From Anaerolineae bacterium (lineage in GTDB: Bacteria; Chloroflexota; Anaerolineae; B4-G1; SLSP01): DNA of 38,449 nt. Below the pieces are notes generated by a model, which did no database searches, was not told the DNA's origin, and saw only the letters and a program-made list of their open reading frames with translations. Shown here in pieces: positions 10,919 through 17,966 of the stretch (position 1 is its first letter; each line of letters opens with the position of its first letter). The stretch lies in contig JAXGUU010000002.1 in assembly GCA_040774145.1 (NCBI GenBank), positions 1 to 38,449 of the forward strand, written 5' to 3'. The position numbers and the translations under genes are program-made.

Positions 10919-11089
10919 TCACTCGCCCCAGTCTTCCTCAACCTCAGGTGCCATCTCAACCTCGAGCGGATCGACGGAGACGACCTCCAGCTCAACACCG
11001 CAGTCAGGGCAGACGATGATCTCGCTTTCCTCTACGTTCTCACCCAACGTCAGTTCTGCTTCGCACTCTGGACACATCACGGTTGCCAT
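10919..11089 (-). CDS. lysW: amino-group carrier protein LysW
   Basis: 56 aa: [56 protein letters not shown]. It has a CxxC...CxxC zinc ribbon, an acidic tail and the diagnostic C-terminal EDWGE. AGGAGAG lies upstream of ATG 11089. The track ORF (to 11179) adds a 30-aa non-homologous extension. Confidence 0.92.
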   Translation of the reverse strand: MATVMCPECEAELTLGENVEESEIIVCPDCGVELEVVSVDPLEVEMAPEVEEDWGE

Positions 11090-11139
11090 CTCTACCTCTC
11101 TCCTTTTTGCTGTGAATAGTCGTCCAAACTTAGGTACAG

Positions 11140-11160
11140 AAAAAGCCAGCCCCTGGCTGG
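11140..11160 (-). terminator. short GC hairpin + T5 inside the lysW 5' leader (attenuator-like)
   Basis: The minus strand reads AGCCAG-tccc-AGCCAG-ggg-CTGGCT-TTTTC. CTGGCT can pair with either upstream AGCCAG copy, and the proximal hairpin is followed by a T run. It lies about 50 nt upstream of the lysW ATG, and no upstream gene on this strand would need terminating. Confidence 0.3.
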
Positions 11161-11296
11161 GACTGGCTTTGACATCCAACTTAGCGATCTCGTGCTAGCT
11201 ACGCACAGAGGCGCCGACCCAGCAGGCCTGGTTCAGCATAGCTCGAGCTCGTCGCTTCAGTTCAGTGGTCGTGATCATTTTTGTACCTTGCCGCAC

Positions 11297-11324
11297 AGCA
11301 TACCATAGGCCCGGATTTTGTCAA
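11297..11324 (-). promoter_or_regulatory. candidate sigma-70-type promoter of the lysW operon
   Basis: Minus strand: TTGACA (11324-11319), a 16-nt spacer, then TATGCT (11302-11297). This implies a leader of about 200 nt. Confidence 0.35.
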
Positions 11325-11370
11325 CATACCAGAGTCGGGGTAACTGTTCAGCGTTGTCCTAGAGTGTGGT

Positions 11371-11719
11371 ATGATGCAGCCGATGGCAGACGAACTCGAG
11401 TCATTGCAGACGGAACTGGCGCAGTTGCGCGATGAAAACGCGCGACTGGAAGCCGAGGCGAACCGGCTTGCGACGGCGTTGGCAGAAGCCCGCATGGGTG
11501 AAGCCCAACCGAGCGAAGCGGGAAGGCGAGAAGCGACCGCGCAAGAAACGGGTGGCAGAGCATACTACGTCGCGCGAGCGGATGCCCCCCACGCGCTGGG
11601 TGCGGCACGCATTGGAGCACTGCCCGACGTTCCGGTACGAACTGCGCGGGGAGAGCGCGACCTACACGCGCGAACCTCTCTGGTTGGCGGACGTTTTCGT
11701 GCGGAAAGGAATGAGATGA
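11371..11719 (+). pseudogene. frameshifted, truncated N-terminal remnant of an IS66-like transposase
   Basis: Frame 1 reads MADELESLQTELAQLRDENARLEAEANRLATALAEA (coiled coil). Frame 2 continues VKPNRAKREGEKRPRKKRVAEHTTSRERMPPTRWVRHALEHCPTFRYELRGES. This order (coiled coil, basic KRPRKKR stretch, then a degenerate zinc-finger CP-x-CGY-LRG that has lost cysteines) is what I recognise from IS66-type transposase N-termini. No catalytic domain follows. The frame-2 stop overlaps the ATG at 11716. Confidence 0.4.
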
Positions 11720-14700
11720 CCCACTTCAACTTATGGACCCGCGGCGCCGTACGATCCGGCCTCAGAGGGCGCGCACCGTTGCGCCACGGCCGGCCAACCG
11801 GCGCCATCATATGCGCGATCGCGGGTGCGCTCGCGCTGCTGCTGGCGGCGCGTGCAGCGTCGCTGGCTGCGCCTCTGCCCCAACCTCAACCAGCCCGCAG
11901 TGCGCAGACGCCGGTCCGGGTGGCGGCCCCGAGTTATGTGGGCCTCAATACGATCCACATTACCTATACCCATGAAAGCACGTGCGGCGCAGCGTGCCGG
12001 CGTGACCTGGAGGTGCTGCTGCCCGACGGCTCTGTGAGAGTTCTGAAAACGCTCGCGGAGGGCGCCGTCACCGGCAGCTACCAACACGACAAGTTGCCCG
12101 GCGGAACGTACGGGTACCGTATCGTCGAGACCACGCTCGACGGTGGTTTGCCGATATACTCCACGACCACGACCATGCGCTATGGCACCATCGATGGGCT
12201 CACCATCGGCGGCACGCTGCTCTACGACGAGGTCGTGGGCGAGGCGTTCGCCTGCGTGGTGCCCGGGGGCGTGACCGTCGGCGATGGACTCACCCTCGCG
12301 CTGGACGGCGCCCGCCTTATCTCCAACTGCACGATCACGCTCCAGGGCAGCGCTGCGCTCACCGCCCAGGGCAGCGACTTCGTAGGCAGCGTCTTGGCCC
12401 TCAGCGGCGCCGGCACCGCCGATGTCATCGGCAGCACCTTCAGCGCCATCATCCTTGATGTAGGTCCCGATGTCGTCGCCAACATCACGCAGTCCCGTTT
12501 CAGGGGCACGTTACAGCTGAGAGGAGCAGCCGGGTCGCTGCGTTTCCAGGGCAACGCCTTCGCCGACATGGTCCGGCTGCTCACCCGCAGTGCGGTGACC
12601 TTTGAGGACAACCTGTTTCTCACCGCCCTCTCGCTCGACGAGGAGACGCCCGAGTCACGGAGTTGGTGTGATGAGGACAACGCGTTGAGCCCTACGATCA
12701 GGAACAACAGCTTTGTCGGGCGCGTCGCGTTGGGCTACACGTTGAGCTACACGCTGACCACCTGTAGCGATGCCGGCTTCCAGCTCGTAGAGGTCGGTCC
12801 AAACTACTACGGCGACCCGCAGGGACCGGTCTATGGCCAGGTGCAGGACGATCCTGTGGTGCCGGGCATCGACTACGGCACACGCTGGCTGCAGCGGGGC
12901 GCTGCTGTCTTCCCCAACCCATTCCTGCTCGGAAAGCACCTGGAGACGGGGTCCCAATGGCAGGACACGCAGCCGTTTCCCACGTTCTGGGTGAACGGGT
13001 ACCGCCTGGGTCAGCACACGCTCACAAATCAGATCACCGACATCATGAGCGACAAGGAAAGCCTCTTTTCCGTGGATCTGGTGACCTCCCACGAGCGGGT
13101 GGGGGGCGCCAAGGTCTGGGTGATGTGGAACGGGCAGCGCGTCGAGCCCTCCGTTTCGGTGGCGGAGCTGGTCCGCGACGCGGGCAGAAAAGCCGTCCAC
13201 CTCCGCAATGCCGCCACCACCATCGACTTCTTCCTGCCCCCGACCGAGGGGGTGACGGCGACGTTGGAGCTCTGGCTCGACACGACAGCGCTGACCGGCT
13301 ATCCCGATGCGGCTACCAGCGGCGAGATCAAGAAACTCGTGACCCTGTCCGTCCCGCTTAAGGGGGCCCCGCGCATGATCGGCATCCATATCGTCCCGGT
13401 GACGGTCGACGGTGTGACCCCATCGATCGGCGCCATGCGGTCCACGCTGGAGAGCGCGACCCCGGCGATGCTGCCGGTGGCGTCGCGGAACCTGCGCATC
13501 AGCACTACGGGGTACTCACCCGCGTGGAACACGACCTATATGCCGACGGCTGTCCTGCTGAATGCCGTGGCCACCGATCTGGTGCGCTATCGTGGGGCGA
13601 TGCGATACGACCCGGTGGAGTTCCCGAAGGGCGAGCTCATGGACTTCCTGGTGGGGGTCATGCCCGCCGGGAGCCTGGGCGGCGGCGACGGCGTCTACCT
13701 GAACCTGCGTCACGGCATCGTCCTGGTCGATGAGGGCAAGTCGGAGGCGGTCTTCCACGAGTTGGGCCACGCGATCGGCCTCTACAACCTGGTCGAGCAG
13801 TATAGCTGGCCCAACTACCCGCCGAATGGCTACCCCGTGGAGGACGTCACCCTCTTCATGAACCAGCCCACCACGTCGAATGCGACGATCAACGGCGTCT
13901 TCACAGGCGATTCGGGCCGCGTCGTCCACACGCCGGGGCCCGGACAGTGGTGGCACGACCCGCACCTGGTGGTGGTCGATGTCATGGGCAATACCGCTCC
14001 CTTCTGGCCGGATCCCGGTACCCTCAAGTCGTTTGCGGAAGCCTTCTACGCCCTGGCCGCAGAACCGCGGCCAAAGGTGCTTTCTCCGGCGGCTGAGCTC
14101 GATCTGCGCCGGGTGATCGTCACCGTGGCGACCGAGCGGGTGGAGCTCACGGAGGCGTCCATGTTTTTTGGCGAACGGCGCTGCGCGGCCTATCGTCCGA
14201 TCATCGAGACGGCGCGCCTCTTCCCCCGCGATGCCTTTGAGGGCGTGACCGGCGGCTCTGCCGGCGAACCCGACGTGACGACCGGAGCCCTGCCCCTGTG
14301 TGTGTCCGCAGACGCCTACACCTATGCTTCGGGCGATATCGAGCTCTGCGTCGTGCCCATCGACGAGAACGGCATCATGCCGGAGTACGAACAGTGCCAA
14401 CGGGTGTTGGCGCCCGAGCAGGTGAACACCGCGCTGCAGCGCGATGTGGCCGTGCTCTTCTACGATGTGCCGGCGTCGGCCACGCGCGCCAGCCTGGTGA
14501 CCAGACGCAGCACGGTCTCGCCCCTGCTGCTGACCTCCAGCGCGTCGCTGGACGTGGTCCTGCTCGCGCCGCCTGCAGGCCAGACACTGACGGATACGGT
14601 GACGCTGAGGTGGGACTCCCAGGCCACCCCTCGCGACCCAGGGGTGCCCATCGGGCAGCCCCTGCTGGCCCAGGTCTCCTACTCCGCCGACACCGGCGTC

Positions 14701-15867
14701 ACCTGGTCGCCGGTGGGGATGCCGGGGGAGGAGCAGTCCATGGTCCTGAGCACCGACTTCCTGCCGTCGGGCGTGCCGCTCGCGTTCCGCGTGACGGTCT
14801 CCGATGGCTTCCTCACGGAGGCTGACCAGGTGACCGGGCTGCTGGTGCCCCATCGATCGCCCGAGGTGGTCATTCACAGCCCTCGCGATGGCGATCGGGC
14901 TGCTCCGGGGTACGCGTGGGCCCTGCAGGCCTGGAGCCGCGAGGATGGCGGCGGCGCGCCTGCCACGGGGGCGTGGCGCTCGTCGCTGGATGGGCCGCTG
15001 GGGAACGACTCTGTGCTCGGCGCCGTGGTGTTGAGCCCCGGCACCCACCGGCTCACCTATGCGGTCACCGATGGGTTGGGGGCCTCCGCCCAGGCGGCGG
15101 TGACGGTCACCGTTGCGCCCATGCCCACGGTGGACCTGGCGATCGCTCCCGACGCCCTGGCCCTCTCGATGCCCTGGCGCGACCCGGTGGTCGTGCAGGC
15201 GCCGCGGCTGCGGATAGGCACCGCGCAGACCGCCACCCTCGCGCTGCGCAACACCGGCGCGGCGGTGACGGCCACGCTGCAGCTCTTTGTTCAGCCGCCC
15301 GGCGCTGCTGAGCGGCTGGTCGCTCAGGAGACGCTGAGCCTCGCGCCCTTTGAGACGCGCTGGATCGGCGGCGCCGTCACGGCAACGGTCGCCGGGCCGC
15401 ACCGCTTCCGCGGCGTGGTCACCGCAGCGTCACCTGCGGATAACACGCCGGGCAACAACGCCCGCGCATGGGATGTCCTGGCCGTGTCCCCGGCCCAGCT
15501 CGTGCCTAGCGCGGCCACGGTCGAGTTCACGGCGCCGGCGGGCACCCCCATCACCCGATCCATCACGCTGAGGAATACCGGCGGCCTGGGCCTGATCGTC
15601 CAGCGGGTGGCGCTGGAGCAGGGCGCGGCATTGACCACCGGCTTCCGGCTCTGGGAGGACGGCTGCTCGGGGACGGCACTGGCGCCCGCCGCGGCGTGCC
15701 GGGTCACGGTGCAGTACACGCCTGTCGCAGGGATCGAAGAGCAGGTCCTGCTGGAGATCAGTTCGACCGACCCGGACCAGCCGGCGCAGCAGGTCGTGCT
15801 CATCGGGAACGTGGGGGCGCTCGCCGAGGAGTGGAAATACGTCTACCTGCCTCTGGTCGTGAGGTAG
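11716..15867 (+). CDS. large exported/anchored protein: parallel beta-helix repeats + HExxH zinc-metallopeptidase-like core + Ig/CARDB-like and ASH/choice-of-anchor-like C-terminal domains
   Basis: ATG 11716 is preceded by GGAAAGGA and followed by a basic stretch plus hydrophobic signal/anchor (GAIICAIAGALALLLAARAASLAAP). Beta-helix-like repeats are present (LTAQGSDFVGSVLALSGAGTADVIGSTFSAII...FQGNAFADM...IRNNSFVG). FHELGHAIGL lies at 13753-13782. There is an Asp-box-like YSADTGVTW and a CARDB-like domain ending PADNTPGNN. The final domain (ITLRNTGGLGLIVQRVAL...C...LAPAAACRVTVQYTP) resembles ASH/choice-of-anchor-D folds. The track start at 11371 is rejected (see the pseudogene above). Confidence 0.8.
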   Translation: MTHFNLWTRGAVRSGLRGRAPLRHGRPTGAIICAIAGALALLLAARAASLAAPLPQPQPARSAQTPVRVAAPSYVGLNTIHITYTHESTCGAACRRDLEVLLPDGSVRVLKTLAEGAVTGSYQHDKLPGGTYGYRIVETTLDGGLPIYSTTTTMRYGTIDGLTIGGTLLYDEVVGEAFACVVPGGVTVGDGLTLALDGARLISNCTITLQGSAALTAQGSDFVGSVLALSGAGTADVIGSTFSAIILDVGPDVVANITQSRFRGTLQLRGAAGSLRFQGNAFADMVRLLTRSAVTFEDNLFLTALSLDEETPESRSWCDEDNALSPTIRNNSFVGRVALGYTLSYTLTTCSDAGFQLVEVGPNYYGDPQGPVYGQVQDDPVVPGIDYGTRWLQRGAAVFPNPFLLGKHLETGSQWQDTQPFPTFWVNGYRLGQHTLTNQITDIMSDKESLFSVDLVTSHERVGGAKVWVMWNGQRVEPSVSVAELVRDAGRKAVHLRNAATTIDFFLPPTEGVTATLELWLDTTALTGYPDAATSGEIKKLVTLSVPLKGAPRMIGIHIVPVTVDGVTPSIGAMRSTLESATPAMLPVASRNLRISTTGYSPAWNTTYMPTAVLLNAVATDLVRYRGAMRYDPVEFPKGELMDFLVGVMPAGSLGGGDGVYLNLRHGIVLVDEGKSEAVFHELGHAIGLYNLVEQYSWPNYPPNGYPVEDVTLFMNQPTTSNATINGVFTGDSGRVVHTPGPGQWWHDPHLVVVDVMGNTAPFWPDPGTLKSFAEAFYALAAEPRPKVLSPAAELDLRRVIVTVATERVELTEASMFFGERRCAAYRPIIETARLFPRDAFEGVTGGSAGEPDVTTGALPLCVSADAYTYASGDIELCVVPIDENGIMPEYEQCQRVLAPEQVNTALQRDVAVLFYDVPASATRASLVTRRSTVSPLLLTSSASLDVVLLAPPAGQTLTDTVTLRWDSQATPRDPGVPIGQPLLAQVSYSADTGVTWSPVGMPGEEQSMVLSTDFLPSGVPLAFRVTVSDGFLTEADQVTGLLVPHRSPEVVIHSPRDGDRAAPGYAWALQAWSREDGGGAPATGAWRSSLDGPLGNDSVLGAVVLSPGTHRLTYAVTDGLGASAQAAVTVTVAPMPTVDLAIAPDALALSMPWRDPVVVQAPRLRIGTAQTATLALRNTGAAVTATLQLFVQPPGAAERLVAQETLSLAPFETRWIGGAVTATVAGPHRFRGVVTAASPADNTPGNNARAWDVLAVSPAQLVPSAATVEFTAPAGTPITRSITLRNTGGLGLIVQRVALEQGAALTTGFRLWEDGCSGTALAPAAACRVTVQYTPVAGIEEQVLLEISSTDPDQPAQQVVLIGNVGALAEEWKYVYLPLVVR

Positions 15868-15910
15868 CACCGAAGTCAAGCCCGGCCTCAAAGTGGGCGC
15901 GGCGGTCTGA

Positions 15911-15943
15911 GACCTTTGAGCTCTTCGGAAGAGCTCAAAGGTC
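15911..15943 (+). terminator. perfect inverted repeat downstream of the large protein gene
   Basis: GACCTTTGAGCTC-TTCGGAA-GAGCTCAAAGGTC begins 44 nt after the stop. Only a weak T tract (TCTTCC) follows, so it is a hairpin terminator candidate rather than a textbook one. Confidence 0.5.
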
Positions 15944-16156
15944 TTCCGGATAGGTCCTCCCCGCACTCCCCTCACCCCGGTTGCCCACCTGCGCGAGCTC
16001 TCCGAACGACAGCGAGATACCGTCGTGCTGCCCGCCGCCCAGGCGGTCCTTGGGCTTGAGCACCCGCAGCTCCTCCGGCGCTGCTTGGGTGTGATGGAGC
16101 AGCAAGATTACATACGCGATCTGCTCTAGCTCGCCCGGGTCCCGCAGATCCTCCAT
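15935..16156 (-). pseudogene. C-terminal fragment of a DnaB-type replicative helicase (remnant)
   Basis: ...RDALPEMEDLRDPGELEQIAYVILLLH...VLKPKDRLGGGQHDGISLSF resembles the DnaB C-terminal block (DLRESGxIEQDADVVxFLxR ... AKxRNGPTGxVxLxF) with conserved residues degraded. No Walker motifs or N-terminal domain lie upstream. Confidence 0.3.
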
Positions 16157-16203
16157 CTCCGGAAGCGCGTCTCGCCCGCTCTGCCTCCGCCTCCGCCCGT
16201 CGC

Positions 16204-16668
16204 CTAGGCCGGCCGCTTCGGAATCCGGGCATCAGGATCCCTTCCGACAAGACCCTCATCCCGCAGCAGAGGCTCCGTCTGCTGCGGGGAGATTGTTTCT
16301 TTCAGCATCAGCATCTGTCTCTGCATCTGATTCCTTCCCTGATCAGGTAGCAATGGCTGACCCCCTGCGTCGCCGGGCACCCTGACACCCTGGTCTGCGG
16401 TTCGCCTCGGCTGGTAGACGTAGGAGCTCCGTGCCGCATCCCGACCGTCGCTCTCGCGGACCAGCAACCCGTGTGCCACGGCAGCACGGACGCCAGCCTT
16501 GATGCTGTTGAGCGACAGGTGCGTGCCGCTATCGAGCCGGGTCCAGTCGCTGCGCTTGCGGCCGTGGCAGAACCCGTCGAGCGTGATCCGCCGACCCGCG
16601 TCATAGTCCTGGAAGCCCCAGGTGTGGCGCAGCACATACAGGATCACCTTGAGCTCGGCGAGCGTCAC
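16204..16668 (-). CDS. phage/plasmid replication-organizer-like winged-helix protein (Phage_rep_O-like N-terminus), probably 5'-truncated
   Basis: TLAELKVILYVLRHTWGFQDYDAGRRITLDGF...SLNSIKAGVRAAVAHGLLVRE matches the pattern L-S-x-AELKVLLYIxRxTxGF...I-x-x-L-x-x-L-x-x-x-GLI seen in replication protein O-type N-terminal domains. Similarity continues upstream of the GTG start (in-frame ...VAPALIDELGRI), but there is no ATG/GTG/TTG there before an in-frame TAG. Confidence 0.5.
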   Translation of the reverse strand: MTLAELKVILYVLRHTWGFQDYDAGRRITLDGFCHGRKRSDWTRLDSGTHLSLNSIKAGVRAAVAHGLLVRESDGRDAARSSYVYQPRRTADQGVRVPGDAGGQPLLPDQGRNQMQRQMLMLKETISPQQTEPLLRDEGLVGRDPDARIPKRPA

Positions 16669-16710
16669 GATCCGCCCCAGCTCGTCGATCAGCGCCGGAG
16701 CAACTGCATC

Positions 16711-16739
16711 TTGACAACCTATTCGAGTATCACTATAAT
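16711..16739 (+). promoter_or_regulatory. perfect consensus sigma-70 promoter (TTGACA-N17-TATAAT)
   Basis: TTGACA at 16711-16716, an exactly 17-nt spacer, and TATAAT at 16734-16739. It lies in a short AT-rich island within an otherwise GC-rich window, 60 nt upstream of the FtsK-like ATG. Confidence 0.6.
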
Positions 16740-16744
16740 GATAG

Positions 16745-16760
16745 TAGAACGTATGTTCTA
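16745..16760. promoter_or_regulatory. LexA/Cheo-box-like palindrome TAGAAC-GTAT-GTTCTA
   Basis: Perfect 6+6 inverted repeat with the core GAAC-N4-GTTC. It begins 6 nt after the -10 hexamer and so covers the predicted transcription start. Confidence 0.5.
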
Positions 16761-16798
16761 TTTCGAGAGACCTGACGACGATGATGGGAGAGTAGCCG

Positions 16799-17872
16799 AT
16801 GTCGAAGCAAGTGAGACCCTATCTCGAGTATCAAGCCGACCGCGTCGAAGCCGTCCTAGCCGCCCATCGCGCGCCGGGGCGCATCACGGGCGGCACTGTC
16901 GGTCCGCGCCTCATCCGCTTCTTCCTCAACCCCGCACCACACACCCGCTTCTCTGCCATCAAGCGTCTCGCCGACGATCTAGCACTCGCTATGCGTGTCT
17001 CGACGCTCAACGTCGATCGCAATGAAGATGGCGTCGTGCTCTCGTTCGCCAATCCCGATCCCAAGCCCGTTGAGCTGATGGCGCTACTGGATGAGGTGCT
17101 CCCCGTCCCCTCCGCCACGGCGCTGCTAGGCCTCACCGATTCCGGTGTCCCCCTACTCGCCCGCCTCTCCGCACCCGATGTCGCACACGTTCTCGTCGCC
17201 GGCACCACCGGATCCGGGAAGTCTGTGCTGCTGCGCACGATGGCTACCTCACTCTGTCTCACCAACTCAGAGAGGGAGTTGCGCCTTCTCTGCATCGATC
17301 CCAAGGGCCGAACCTTCCGCGCGCTCGCCGCCGCCCCGCACCTCGCACGCCCCCTGATCATCGACCCGATCGAGGCAGGCGAAGCCCTGCGCTCGCTCCT
17401 GCGCACGATGGAGATCCGGGATCGGCGGGGTGAACTCCCCGACGATCCCAATTCCGACACGCCGCGTATCGTCGTCCTCATCGACGAACTCGCCGACCTG
17501 ATGATGACCGGAGGTGATACCATGACCGACACCCTCACCCGCTTGGCGCAGCGCGGTCGCGAGGCCGGCATTCACCTCATTGCTGCGACCCAGCACCCAT
17601 CCGCCGCGATCCTCGGCAGCCTGATGCGCGCCAACTTCCCCCTCCGGCTCATCGGACGGGTCGCATCGTCGCAGGACGCCCTGGTCGCCGGTGGGCGCGG
17701 CGGCACCGAGGCCCACCTGCTTCACGGGCGCGGCGACTTCCTCGCCGTTTCCGGCGGCGATCAACCGATCCGTTTCCAGGCGGCGGACATTCGCGAGCGT
17801 GAGATCCGCGGACAGATGACACAGTTGGCACCGCAGCGCGCGATGCCGGCGCTCACCATGAGTAACGAGTGA
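16799..17872 (+). CDS. stand-alone FtsK/SpoIIIE-family DNA-translocase ATPase (no TM or gamma domain)
   Basis: Walker A VAGTTGSGKSVLL, Walker B RIVVLIDELADLM, and GIHLIAATQHPS...R...I..R. GGGAGAG lies 6 nt upstream of ATG 16799. Confidence 0.85.
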   Translation: MSKQVRPYLEYQADRVEAVLAAHRAPGRITGGTVGPRLIRFFLNPAPHTRFSAIKRLADDLALAMRVSTLNVDRNEDGVVLSFANPDPKPVELMALLDEVLPVPSATALLGLTDSGVPLLARLSAPDVAHVLVAGTTGSGKSVLLRTMATSLCLTNSERELRLLCIDPKGRTFRALAAAPHLARPLIIDPIEAGEALRSLLRTMEIRDRRGELPDDPNSDTPRIVVLIDELADLMMTGGDTMTDTLTRLAQRGREAGIHLIAATQHPSAAILGSLMRANFPLRLIGRVASSQDALVAGGRGGTEAHLLHGRGDFLAVSGGDQPIRFQAADIREREIRGQMTQLAPQRAMPALTMSNE

Positions 17873-17966
17873 CACGTGACGACTGAGTCCTTAAGGATAG
17901 ATCGGACACAGATGCGCGCACATCGCCGGAGGATCACCCGTCACACGTCACGAAAGGACACATTCC

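Noticed and set aside
11110-11126. TGTGAAT half-site resembling an ArgR ARG box near the lysW start
   Set aside because: Only one half of the 18-bp palindrome is present. There is no ATTCA partner at the right spacing.
11205-11215. AGAGGCGC string reminiscent of the lysine (L-box) riboswitch core upstream of lysW
   Set aside because: It is on the plus strand, which is the wrong strand for the lysW transcript. None of the other L-box conserved blocks could be found on either strand.
11371-11715. Track start (11371) as the true N-terminus of the large protein
   Set aside because: The extension has no relation to the rest of the protein and is explained by a transposase remnant. It would also bury the signal/anchor peptide 140 residues inside the protein. 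An SD-preceded ATG at 11716 fits better.
12655-15402. 244-aa and 628-aa minus-strand ORFs inside the large surface-protein gene
   Set aside because: Antisense shadows. They are Arg/Gly/His-rich with no start context, whereas the plus strand has coherent domain structure.
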